A stretch of DNA of 63,293 nucleotides, the filler included, from Octopus bimaculoides (taxonomy: Eukaryota), in the NCBI RefSeq assembly GCF_001194135.2. It is 4 parts of 4 records of this genome, joined end to end, with 100 filler letters (N's around TTAATTAATTAA, not from the genome) between each part and the next. Parts side by side here need not be neighbours in the genome. Positions count along the whole stretch, not along the records: positions 1 to 21,539 come from NC_068986.1; 3 more parts are not named here. One strand, written 5' to 3'. A program made the position numbers and the translations under genes. Below are positions 1 to 11,154 of this stretch, one piece after another. The stretch's first letter is position 1; each line of letters opens with the position of its first letter. The notes below the pieces were generated by a model. The model was not told the origin of the DNA. It ran no database searches and was given only the letters and a program-made list of their open reading frames with translations.

Positions 1-279
1 CCCCACAAAAAAGCTCTACTTTGTAATTTGTCCATTTTCTGTATTTAGCCCTGTGTGGCTATAATAAAAAGATATCTGACCATCTATCTATCTATCCATC
101 TATCTATATGCATGTATGTATTTTCCTATGTGTTCGTTCCGTTGTCTGTAGTTCATTGTTCTAACGTCCTGTACCCTGATATGCATATATATGCACATGT
201 AGATGAAAGTATGTACATATATGTGTGTATACATGTATACATATTCTTTGTATTATATATATATATATATATATATATG

Positions 280-480
280 CAAAAAAGACAAAGTAGAAAA
301 TGCTAAAATTCTTTTATAAGAACATTACAGAACCGGTTTCGATCCTTGAGATCTTTTCAACAGTAAATATGAATAATAGATTTTTGAAAAATAATTGAAA
401 ATTTAAATTTTGGTAAATTTAAAAGAAAAGTATTTTTAAAGACATATTTGTATAGTATTCAGGTAACAGCAGCATTTTTC
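280..480 (-). mobile_element. Short dispersed repeat abutting (TA)n and carrying a hammerhead-like motif (possible Penelope-like terminal repeat remnant)
   Basis: Begins immediately after (TA)n at ~255-278 and contains the motif at 325-366. Right boundary is uncertain and the family assignment is inference. Confidence 0.3.
325..366 (-). ncRNA. Type-I hammerhead ribozyme-like motif, U3-A8 core variant
   Basis: Minus strand reads TTACTG | TTGAAAA | GATC-tcaag-GATC | GAA | ACCGGT | T | CTGTAA. Stem I pairs 5/6 bp, core U3U4G5A6A7A8A9, 4-bp stem II, palindromic stem III, cleavage triplet GUU. Confidence 0.45.
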
Positions 481-550
481 TTGTTTCTGCCTGTCTCTGT
501 TTCACTTTTTAACTCTTGTGGGTTCGAAGAAGGACTGCTTCTTCGAACCA

Positions 551-707
551 CACAAGGCATGAAATTTTTTTGGGAAGGAGCTATTGGACGACACCAATCC
601 AGTACTTACTTTATCGAACTCGAAATGATGAAAATCAAAGTCTGCCTCGGTAGAATTTGATCTCAGAACGTAAAGCCGAAAGTATTTTGTCCAGCGAGCT
701 AACGATT
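551..707 (-). mobile_element. tRNA-derived SINE, family A (degenerate)
   Basis: Reverse complement of the family-A copy at 5861-6065 (aatcgttagc...ttctgag-tcaaattc...ctttg-ttttcatc...aagtact). Confidence 0.75.
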
Positions 708-944
708 ATTTCCGTTCAGCGACTTTCTTTGAATTTGACGTAATAATAAAAAACTAAATATATTTAAAGTTGATATTTTATTACAAGAAGTCTCTTAAAA
801 TTAATTTGAACAAGGTTGAAAGTAAATTGGTACCAAATGATTAAATAGAAATGTGTTTTGCTTTTCTCAGTATTGCAAATATAGCAACATTTTGAACTTC
901 ACGTGTATCTTAGAGATAATTAAATTATAGCATGATGCTCCTTC

Positions 945-1201
945 CATTCTAGAAATTAAATGACTAATTGAGGATAATTTCATGATATTGACTTTGACAA
1001 ATGCATATTTATTAATTTCTCGATGTTGGCGAAATTTAATAGTTTAATTGGTGGGCTGTTATTAAAATCAAATTAAAAAATAACATACACTAGAAATAAT
1101 ATTCAGAATGAAATTTTATTCATAGAAATGGTTAGAAAAAGGTAAAGTTGATACACACACATACATATGTATATATATGCATATATATACATATGCATAA
1201 G

Positions 1202-1233
<32 letters not shown>

Positions 1234-1251
1234 TATATGCGTGTATGTGTG

Positions 1252-1292
<41 letters not shown>

Positions 1293-1544
1293 NNNNNNNN
1301 NNCATTCTAGAAATTAAATGACTAATTGAGGATAATTTCATGATATTGACTTTGACAAATGCATATTTATTAATTTCTCGATGTTGGCGAAATTTAATAG
1401 TTTAATTGGTGGGCTGTTATTAAAATCAAATTAAAAAATAACATACACTAGAAATAATATTCAGAATGAAATTTTATTCATAGAAATGGTTAGAAAAAGG
1501 TAAAGTTGATACACACACATACATATGTATATATATGCATATAT
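945..1544. other. Exact ~242-bp direct duplication across a 10-N gap (probable assembly artefact)
   Basis: 945-1186 is identical to 1303-1544 (offset 358), and the second copy starts at the first base after the gap at 1293-1302. Confidence 0.85.
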
Positions 1545-2216
1545 GGGCACAGGACACCATGGAGCATAAACAACATGAAATACAAAATACGAAAGCATAG
1601 AATACGAACTTTTTTTGCGAACAACGTAAGAAACAAAGGGAAAACAAGACAAGCAACACGAAAAAACGACCCTTCATCAATTGTTTGCTGTTTTTCTACT
1701 TCGATTTCGAGCATTTAACAACAAGATACGTTTTCGACATAAAAGTTGCTCCCGCAAAGCAAATTAAATAAAATTTCGGATTTTGTGGAGTGTCAAAGTT
1801 GGTAACAGAAGCAAGACAGTGAAAAGAGACAGGAAGGGCTGCTAAGTTAGTGAGCGCGGAAAAACAAGCTCTGACAGGAGACAGACAAGAATGCGTCCAA
1901 TCTCCGTGGTTGATCAGAGAGTAAGAAGAAGGAAATTCAAGTTAGCAAAAGAAAGATGGTCGACGGTCATGTGCGAGCAATGAGAGAAGAAAGGCGGAAG
2001 GGTGAGCGAGAGAGAGAAGCGACAGACAGATAGAGAATGGCGAAGGCGAGGGGAAAAGAAATGATGAGAGAGAAAAACAAAAGGGAGAGAAGAGGAGATA
2101 AAGTGAATAGAGAAAGGAAGAGAAAGGAAACGAAAGAGGGGAGGGAAAAGACAGAAAGAGATAGGAAGAGAGAGGAAACGAAAGAGGGGAGGAAAAAGAC
2201 AGAAAGAGATAGGAAG
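1545..2216 (-). repeat. Dispersed repeat abutting (AT)n, with purine-rich tract and 48-bp tandem duplication
   Basis: The terminus gggcacaggacacc at 1545 resembles the reverse complement of cgtcctgtaccc at ~166-177. GGAAACGAAAGAGGGGAGG-AAAAGACAGAAAGAGATAGGAAG is duplicated at 2126 and 2174. Confidence 0.35.
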
Positions 2217-2662
2217 TGTCGCATCAATATTATTAAGATAAAACTTACTTGGAAATTCAACACCACGCATCCATTTCCAAATAAACAACCTGAGGTTTGT
2301 TTATTTCCCATCACTGTTTTGAGCTACTATTTATGCATTTGTGAAAATAGAGCGGCCTACGAGCGCAAATCAGCCAATAGTATTGACCGATTCATTATAA
2401 AGCTACGACTTTCTGCCAGCTCAGGGTTACCACTCTTTGGTAACTCCACTGAAAAAGTTATAAAGAGTCTTGGGGTGCAATACATAATTGCGTATTTATA
2501 CTTTTGCAGTAAAAGAGAATTTTTCTCTAAGGGAACCTGCACTAGAATTGTCATTAGAAGTTAAATTATGCCACAAACATAACTGAAGTAAGCTAAAATA
2601 ATTTGCTATATAAATAAGTATATGAAAACTTGGAAATTAGAAAAGCTATTTGACCAAGATAG

Positions 2663-2715
2663 CTTTTCCAGGGATCGAACCCATAAAAGCATGATTGCGA
2701 GGTGAATTTCTTAAC
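2663..2715 (-). mobile_element. tRNA-like SINE head fragment
   Basis: Minus strand gtcggttaagaaattcacctcgcaatcatg...GGTTCGATCCC carries a B-box and a degenerate A-box. Confidence 0.45.
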
Positions 2716-3425
2716 CGACACACACACACATTATTTTAAATAAGAGAATAAATAAATGCAGCAAAATTTACTGAGTTTAAAGTCTGAATTCAACAGTCAC
2801 TCGTTTATTTTCTAGGAAGCGCTAATTAGCGTAAAATTAAAGACAGCCTAAACTAACAATTTTAATTTAAATGTGTTTCATAATATTTATGGAATAAGTT
2901 CTCAGACTTAATTGATTGTTTAACAATAAAATATATCTAAAATGAAATATATAAATAGAAATAAATAAAGCTAAAAGAAATCTATTTGCAACTCTTACAT
3001 TATATCATTTCAGAAATTTATGTACATGTATAGTGTGTAATTTTTTTGGAGTAGCTAAATCTTTTTCGAAAACATTCAATTTATTTGTATTGAAGAGTGT
3101 TAGTTATTCGCGTTTGCATTAAAAATTTATGTGTGTAATCTATGTATGCTTTTAAATACCTGAATCTCATTCTTGCAATAACAGGTATTTTAATTTATTT
3201 TCAGATTCAAGAGTGTTAGTTCCAAGCCCACCTTATAGCTTAAATTATAATTAGCTTGTGTTATAATTTCACTGCTAGCTAGAATGATACTCTTAGTTAC
3301 ATCAATTTCTAACTTCTTTCCACACAATGTCAGTTCTTTTATTTTAAAACAATCAACATTCTCGACTAATAAGTTCTATTTTTAATATAATTTCACTTGC
3401 TTCTCTTTCCATTGGTTCTTCCACA

Positions 3426-3499
3426 TTTTCATATATTTAAGTTCAACCAAATTTTCTCTTCCTAACCTTACATACATACATAATACATACATAGATACG

Positions 3500-3543
<44 letters not shown>

Positions 3544-3585
3544 TTAGGAAGAGAAAAATTTGGTTGAATTCAAGTATCTGAAAAT
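3426..3585. repeat. Inverted repeat (~47-bp arms) enclosing a (TACA)/(TG)n microsatellite
   Basis: ttcaaccaaattttctcttcctaaccttaca (3442-3472) matches the reverse complement of tgtaagattaggaagagaaaaatttggttgaa (3537-3568). The arms extend about 16 bp further with mismatches. Confidence 0.8.
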
Positions 3586-4039
3586 CTATGCTTTCGCAAT
3601 CCAAGGAAATATCTTTTGAACAAATTCAAATGTTGATTATGCCATTCATCTGTGTTGGACTTAACACATGTAATTAGCAGCTGCTCAGAAATATCATCAC
3701 TGTACCATGTTCCATTGTGATATTATGTCGTTGCTAAAAAAACAATATACAATGCCATCTGCAGAAAAGAGTGCCCTTGGATAAATATAAAAACACACCT
3801 CTGGTATAGCATACGTACATATCAACGCAATTAACACTGGTTGCACATTGCAACAAAGCTACTAAATACAAGCGTAACAAGTTTGACAGAGTATCCTCTT
3901 TATGAACAACATAGCAATGTCCATGTAAGGAGAAAAGGAAAATAAAAAATTTTTGATGCAGTTAATTGAAAGAATCTTTTACAAAACCATTTTGCATAAA
4001 GGAACATTACATCATAAAGCCTTGGAGAGATCTACAACG

Positions 4040-4560
4040 GAATAGTGCTCAGACATAAAGACGGTGCTACAACTATACGTACGGAACTCATATATCTCAT
4101 TCAAAGATTAGATTTACTTTCCAGAGTGAGAAAGTATTTTAGATTCATGCTGATGCCGAGTACCTTTTAAAACTCATTTGAAACCAGCAGAGATAAATAT
4201 ATATATCTCCAGCATGTGGGACGATAATACATCTATACGTACGACAATTCAAAAGACTAGCTTTTGCAAACAAAATATTATTAGCTCTAAATTGATGCCG
4301 AGTATCATACAACACTCAAATGAGACTAGCAAAGGTATGCTTCCCCAATAGCTGGAACAATACTGCTCCTGCCATTCATACGAACATAAAAAAGAAAAAA
4401 ACAAACAAACTTTTACGGACGAAAAATACTTTTAACTCCGAGCAGTGACTGACTGTAACGCAAACCAGACCGACAATGGAATTATGCTATTATACCTGGG
4501 ACAATATTGCAGCTAAAGGCACACAAATTCAAAACATAAGAAAGTCACACACAAAGACAC
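4040..4560. repeat. Highly degenerate ~140-160-bp tandem repeat (2-4 units)
   Basis: ctatacgtacg at 4073 and 4233; tgatgccgagta at 4151 and 4293; actca(tt/aa)tga(a/g)ac(c/t)agca recurs in register. Confidence 0.55.
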
Positions 4561-4905
4561 TTTAACATCATGCTTCTAACTATACTTGCACATACTCAAT
4601 ATTTCCTTATTATACGTTTCCTATTTTACAGTTGCAACAATGGTATCTGGGTCCTGAAGCTAGTTAGTTACATCAATATTTCATATACCGATATTTCATT
4701 CAATTTATGATTTCGAAAATACAGTGATTGTTATATAAGCGTTGAAAATGAGTGTTCACAACACACAGTTTACGCTTCTAAATAAACTTCTACACCCTAA
4801 TTCATTTATCCCTGGATAATAGGCATTTCGCGGTGTTAAATGCTTCTGAAAACATTTGTGATTGTGTGTAATTTTACTGTTTCAGTGATGTTTCGATAAA
4901 CCATG

Positions 4906-5060
<155 letters not shown>

Positions 5061-5199
5061 ACTCGTCTTGATATCATATGAGGTAAATAAAGCAAACTTT
5101 TTACGCAAAAGACAAAATGTTTAGGTTTTGAATTTGCTTTTAGGCCTAACCACATTTTTTTTTGCACATTTGGTTCCAGTAGCTTTTTATTTAATTTTT

Positions 5200-5530
5200 T
5201 AATATAATTAGCATCATGAGATTCCTGTAGTCGAGATATATCAGAAAAATTAAATTTAGATATGGTTTTCTTTTGAAATAAGTATAACATTTGGGGTCAG
5301 GGTTGATTTCAGGCGTTAATCTTCCTTTTTTTTTTCGCCGGTTTTTACCTCACTACTTTTTCTACTGAATATTTTTGCATATAACTTACATGGATAGATT
5401 CCTGTCATCGAGATCTATCATATAAGTTAAAATAAAATATAGATTTATTGAAAAAAATATATTTGGACTTTAAGTCGATATCAGGTGTTATCTCCCGTTT
5501 TTGATCTCACATATTTTACTGAAACTTCTT
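5200..5530. repeat. Degenerate ~177-bp tandem duplication
   Basis: agattcctgtagtcgagatatatca (5219) vs agattcctgtcatcgagatctatca (5396); the downstream gttttt...ctcac...tactgaa segments also align. Confidence 0.6.
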
Positions 5531-5860
5531 TTCTATTGAAGCAATTTTCAAATTTTGTAGCTGAAACTGTAGCTTAGGATGTGACCAATCTAAAAATGTG
5601 AGCATCATCTAATTTGGTTAAAAACTGAGTTAGTGACAAAGCCTAAGTGGTCATAGGTGAGTAAATGTTGACCTGAAGAATATTAATTACAGTCTACCGT
5701 GTGTGAATGATTAATATTTTATCTCATTGCAAGTCCTTTCATTATTTCTGTGTCGATGAAATATGTATCAGTAGTGTACTGGGGTCACTGTAATCGAATT
5801 ACTCCCCCCTAGAATGTACTGGCCTTGTACCAAAACCTGAAATCAATATTTTATCTCATG

Positions 5861-6065
5861 GTAAGGCGGTGAGCTGGTAGAATCGTTAGCACGCCGGGCA
5901 AGATGCTTAGCGGGATTTCATCTTTCTTTACGTTCTGAGTTCAAATTCTGCTGAGGCCGACTTTGCCTTTCATCCTCTCTAGGTCGATAAAATACGTACC
6001 AGCAGAGTACTTGAATTGATGTAATGGACTTACCTTCTTCCCTGCTGCCAATATTCAAAACCAAT
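5861..6065 (+). mobile_element. tRNA-derived SINE, family A (near full length), preceded by a family-A 3' fragment at ~5752-5850
   Basis: A-box-like TGGTAGAATCGTTAGC, B-box-like GAGTTCAAATTC, body gactttgcctttcatcc...gataaaatacgtaccag. More than 10 related copies occur in the window. Confidence 0.9.
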
Positions 6066-6162
6066 ATTTTGTTACATGTTATAACTTAAAATAACTGTAT
6101 ACAAGTGAGAATTTCATACATTTTCATATCAGAATTTTCGTTTCCCCCTCTCTATGAAACGC

Positions 6163-6310
6163 ACGCAAGCATAGCTTATGAAGAAGTTCATTTAGTAATC
6201 ATATGGTAATCATATAGCAATCGTATGGTTCCGGATTCAAGCGCACCTCCGCGGCGCTTTGGCCAAATATCTCTCATAATAACCTTGGTTTGAATCAAAG
6301 TTTCCGTGAA
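6163..6310 (+). mobile_element. Highly degenerate family-B SINE head
   Basis: atggttccggattcaagc...gcggcgctttggccaaatatct aligns loosely to the family-B atggttccgggttcagtcccactgcgtggcaccttgggcaagtgtct. Confidence 0.45.
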
Positions 6311-7873
6311 TAATTAAGTAAAGATACAACGTGGAAACTGTGGTTATTTTGGGTGATAAACCTAATACCTGGTTTAATAGCCTTACCCAGCCGGGTTCAG
6401 TGTGCATTTAAAGGAGTTCCTTTTGGTGAAAATATACGGGCATTGTCTTTAATATTCGCCTGAGAATAACTTTGTCGTTATATGCGACTTCATAAATGGT
6501 GTATCTGGGAAAAGGGTATAAGCTCTGGCATTACACTTCACGAAACTGTTGGATGTTAAGATAAAAACGATCTATTATATCTAAAGGAAATACTACATCT
6601 TCTAATTTTCCTAAAAAGATTACAGCAATTGTTTAAATGTTATTGTGTGTTTTCACCCATTTTTCTGTTTACAAACACATACACGTATAAAGGAACGTAG
6701 TACTCTTAATTAGTTACCCGTTTTAGCGCCGTAATCTGGATCTCGTGCCTCTGAATAGAATTTGATTCAAGTATCCCCTCATATATATGGAATGATTTAT
6801 AATGAACAATAAGACATAGATAGTTGTATTCAGTATATTTCAATCTGTAAGATAGTCTTCGATTTATAATTTTGAGAATATATAATACTTTTCATACCTT
6901 AAGTTAATTCTGCTTCTGAATTTATATATCATGACATTTTATTAAATCAAGTTTTAATAAGCAAATGATAATGACAAAATTGAAATTAATAATTTCTAAC
7001 GTTCATGAAACTACGATATTATGAATCAACAATTACCAGTATATGGCCAAGTAATTTTCAGTTATATGTTTGTTCAACCAGTACCGTGTGCTAAAGAAGT
7101 TCATATATATATATATATATATANNNNNNNNNNNNNNNNNNNNNNNNNNNNNNNNNNNNNNNNNNNNNNNNNNNNNNNNNNNNNNNNNNNNNNNNNNNNN
7201 NNNNNNNNNNNNNNNNNNNNNNNNNNNNNNNNNNNNNNNNNNNNNNNNNNNNNNNNNNNNNNNNNNNNNNNNNNNNNNNNNNNNNNNNNNNNNNNNNNNN
7301 NNNNNNNNNNNNNNNNNNNNNNNNNNNNNNNNNNNNNNNNNNNNNNNNNNNNNNNNNNNNNNNNNNNNNNNNNNNNNNNNNNNNNNNNNNNNNNNNNNNN
7401 NNNNNNNNNNNNNNNNNNNNNNNNNNNNNNNNNNNNNNNNNNNNNNNNNNNNNNNNNNNNNNNNNNNNNNNNNNNNNNNNNNNNNNNNNNNNNNNNNNNN
7501 NNNNNNNNNNNNNNNNNNNNNNNNNNNNNNNNNNNNNNNNNNNNNNNNNNNNNNNNNNNNNNNNNNNNNNNNNNNNNNNNNNNNNNNNNNNNNNNNNNNN
7601 NNNNNNNNNNNNNNNNNNNNNNNNNNNNNNNNNNNNNNNNNNNNNNNNNNNNNNNNNNNNNNNNNNNNNNNNNNNNNNNNNNNNNNNNNNNNNNNNNNNN
7701 NNNNNNNNNNNNNNNNNNNNNNNNNNNNNNNNNNNNNNNNNNNNNNNNNNNNNNNNNNNNNNNNNNNNNNNNNNNNNNNNNNNNNNNNNNNNNNNNNNNN
7801 NNNNNNNNNNNNNNNNNNNNNNNNNNNNNNNNNNNNNNNNNNNNNNNNNNNNNNNNNNNNNNNNNNNNNNNNN

Positions 7874-7904
<31 letters not shown>

Positions 7905-8499
7905 ACATATATATATATATATATATGTATGTATATATGTATGTATGTATAATAATATTCACACGTACCCATTCATTCCTGATTAACATCCACACATCCA
8001 CTTATACTCACTATATGTATGTTCTCATCATTACCAGAAATGTAGAGAGATTAATATGATTCGTTCGAGCAAGCACAGCTGTTGTGCTTCTTTCATTTTC
8101 AACCATGATAATTTCTAGTCACGCTGCTATTACTATATCGGTTTCAGAGTTATCCTATTTGCAATTGGGATTCATTTTTCAAGGTGGATATATTCTGATG
8201 TGCGCAGCGTGAGTCGATATAATTTTTCTGATTCAGTTGACATAAATGTTTCTTATTAATACTGTATTTTCCAACAGCATATATTCAGTACTTTCCAGAA
8301 TGATTTACAAAAGGACAGTTTTAATGAGCGTACTAATCACACTGATTCAAAACACCACACAGACATACCTAAAGCAATCACATCAGAGATAGGACGATCT
8401 ATATATATCAAATATACTATCTGTCTATCACTCCACTACAAAATTCAATCCTCCTTGAGCCCTAACTCTCTCAAAACATTGCGGCACAACATCATCATA

Positions 8500-8930
8500 G
8501 GTAGTACGCAAACCACACCTGCTCATCGCCAACATATGGAAGCAAAAGTACTGATAATGAAAAACTACGCGAACATGCAAAAAGCACAGTTTTCCGCTGT
8601 ATTTTTTAAACTTCGCTGTCCTCAGTGTCTGACAATACCATGCAACCTAAACAACAATCAAGAACACATGAACACAGGAATAGCCGCATCATCTATAACA
8701 TATACCTCCCCATAAACTGTGTTGGGATATACAGCACTGACAATAATTTAAGAGGAACAACAACTGTTCGTACTCCACCCGATTGCATCTCGGTTACTGG
8801 CCCTCGCCAGAATCTACGGGCGAACAGAAATAGTATGGTTAGTGGAGAAAATACAATATGTCCAGACTGTCTTACAAAACCCCGTACGACTCATCACTGT
8901 AAGTTGGAATGCAGTATAATTCTCTGCTAA
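8500..8930 (+). mobile_element. Possible I-group LINE ORF2 C-terminal remnant (RNase H end plus CCHC knuckle)
   Basis: Fragments in different frames: DNEKLREHAKS (resembles RNase H GNEKADELAK), RLHLGY (resembles RLRLGH/Y), and CPDCLTKPRTTHHCKLEC (C-x2-C-x8-H-x4-C). Many stops and frameshifts. Confidence 0.35.
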
Positions 8931-9905
8931 CCGAAGGTGAAGCGCAGCTAGAAATACATCTGTTGTACGGCTTATAATCTTCCAGCTATAAAGCCGGTCA
9001 ATCGAGATCTAGGGCTATACAATTACAGCAACGATAAGAAAGGATTGACAATTGAAAAGAGACTGACCAACGGACTAATGGGTAAAAAAATTATTGGCTC
9101 ACAAAGAAATTGATATTGTTTACGTACCTACGATAGTTATCTTACAGCAACAACTACTGCAGCCGCTGCGGCAGGAGCAACAACAGCAACAACAACACTA
9201 AAAGAAGTAATAAAATTAGTAAGATGGTATCTATTAGATTTTAATATTTCAGAAGTTTATATTATTGTTTCTGAAAATGCTTATGAAATTTCTAGTCCAT
9301 ATATTTTGCATTATTCAATTAGTGAATGTCTTTTTAGGTAATTTGCTATATCACATAAGCAAATGTAATAAAATGCGACCATATATACTTACAACAGTTT
9401 CGAAAGAAGGTGAATATTACCGCTTTGAGTACATTAAAAAAAGAAAAACAATGAACAGGAAAAGGACAATTGATACACACACACACACGCACACACACAT
9501 ACACACATATGTATGTATGTATGTAAGCAAAAATATATAAATTATATAAAATATATATAAAAACTTATAGAACATTTCGTTAAAAATTATATTTTCTCCA
9601 AAATATATATTTCTCCGAAATTGTCATATCTATTATTTTTCTGAAAATGTCAATTTGCATTCAGTTATTCACAAATATAAAAAATTACTTTTATGGCTGT
9701 TACGATGAAACTTATATATTTAAAAGGTTATCAAAAATAATTTGTGCAAAAATGTTAGCAATATAATTTAATGGCCATAATGCAACTTTCAAGGTTTAGT
9801 TATTAGTTATCGGGGGAGAAACAATTGTTTTAACATTAATGCACCAAAATTGCAACTTCTATGTATGTATGTATGTATGTATGTATGTATGTATGTATGT
9901 ATGTA

Positions 9906-10410
9906 CTCTTTTAGTTGTTTCAGTCATTTGACTGCGGCCGTGCTGGAGCACCGCCTTTAATCGAGCAAATCGACCCCAGGACTTATTCTTTGGAAGCCTA
10001 GTACTTATTCTATCGGTCCCTTTTGCCGAACCGCTAGGATACGGGGACGTAAACACACCAGCATCGGTTGTCAAGCGATGTTGGGGGGGGGGGNNNNNNN
10101 NNNNNNNNNNNNNNNNNNNNNNNNNNNNNNNNNNNNNNNNNNNNNNNNNNNNNNNNNNNNNNNNNNNNNGGGGGGGGGACAAACACAGACGCACAAGCAC
10201 ACACACACACACACACACATACACACACATATATATATGCATATATACGACGGGCTTCTTTCAGTTTCCGTCTACCAAATCCACTCACAAGGCTTTGGTC
10301 AACCCGAGGCTATAGTAGAAGACACTTGCCCAAGGTGCCACGCAGTGGGACTGAACCCGGAAGCATGTGGTTGGTAAGTAAGCAACTTACTACACAGCCC
10401 CTCCTGCGCC
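9906..10410 (-). mobile_element. tRNA-derived SINE, family B, full length with internal (CA)n/poly-G and gap
   Basis: Minus-strand head has an A-box-like GGCTGTGTAGTAAG and B-box GGTTCAGTCCC, then a CORE-like gcaccttgggcaagtgtctt, internal microsatellite, and 3' gtcaaatgactgaaacaactaaaagag. Flanked by ctatgtatgta on both sides. Confidence 0.92.
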
Positions 10411-10486
10411 TATGTATGTAAATATAATACTAATATAGACAGCAGTATGCAATGTTCACCAAAAAGTAAAACCAAATATGCATTTC

Positions 10487-10680
10487 TTACTAATGTATTC
10501 AACGCAAAGGTGAGCCTATTTCTCATATGTTCATTGTATTGCTCATGTGTAGTTTTATCGTGAGTTTATGGCGGTGTTTGGCCCCAAACTACCATAAACT
10601 CACGGTAAAGATAAACACGAGCAACGCAATGAACATATGAAAGATAGGCTTACCTTTGCATTGAATATAACAGTTAGTAA
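10487..10680. repeat. ~190-bp fold-back palindrome (MITE-like)
   Basis: Arms 10497-10581 and 10584-10666 are ~85% complementary around a 2-nt centre (gtttgg cc ccaaac). Confidence 0.9.
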
Positions 10681-11154
10681 TGTATATTTCAACATCAGTT
10701 GATATCACGCTTTGCATCACAAACATACTCTACGTTATTCAGTTGAAAAAAACATTTTAACATCTATTTAGTACATTAGCTCGTGTGCGTTCCTTACTTT
10801 AAACGTCCCGCTTCGTTTAAAAGAAAACTATCGTGAGCAAGAAAAAATTTAAATATAGAAGTATTATTGCTATTCTTAATAGTATTAATAAGGTAATAAT
10901 GAGGTGGCTAGCAAGTTCACACCGTTACAAGCACAATATAAGGTAAAGTTAGATTCAATAGGGTATATAATACCACTTGCAAAACTCAGAGCCAATGCTC
11001 CAAAAACCGCCATAAAATCACGATATATATTTACTTACGTGCGCGCATACACACATCAAATATGTATGTATACACAATTTAACACCTAATAAATCACTTA
11101 AATTTGGCTTTCTGTTTAGATTTAACCCATAACAAATAATGAAGTGAGCCAAAC

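Noticed and set aside
1690-1765. Minus-strand GAGCA...TGCTC-GAAATCGA resembling hammerhead stem II plus GAAA
   Set aside because: No recognisable CUGANGA-type core, U16.1 or stem I.
2279-2306. 12-bp hairpin with inverted TAAACA (Fox-like) sites and a nearby CCAAT as a promoter
   Set aside because: No associated gene, and such motifs are common at this AT content.
5861-5950. tRNA genes at SINE heads
   Set aside because: A/B-box-like motifs are present, but there is no cloverleaf and each continues into a repeat body.
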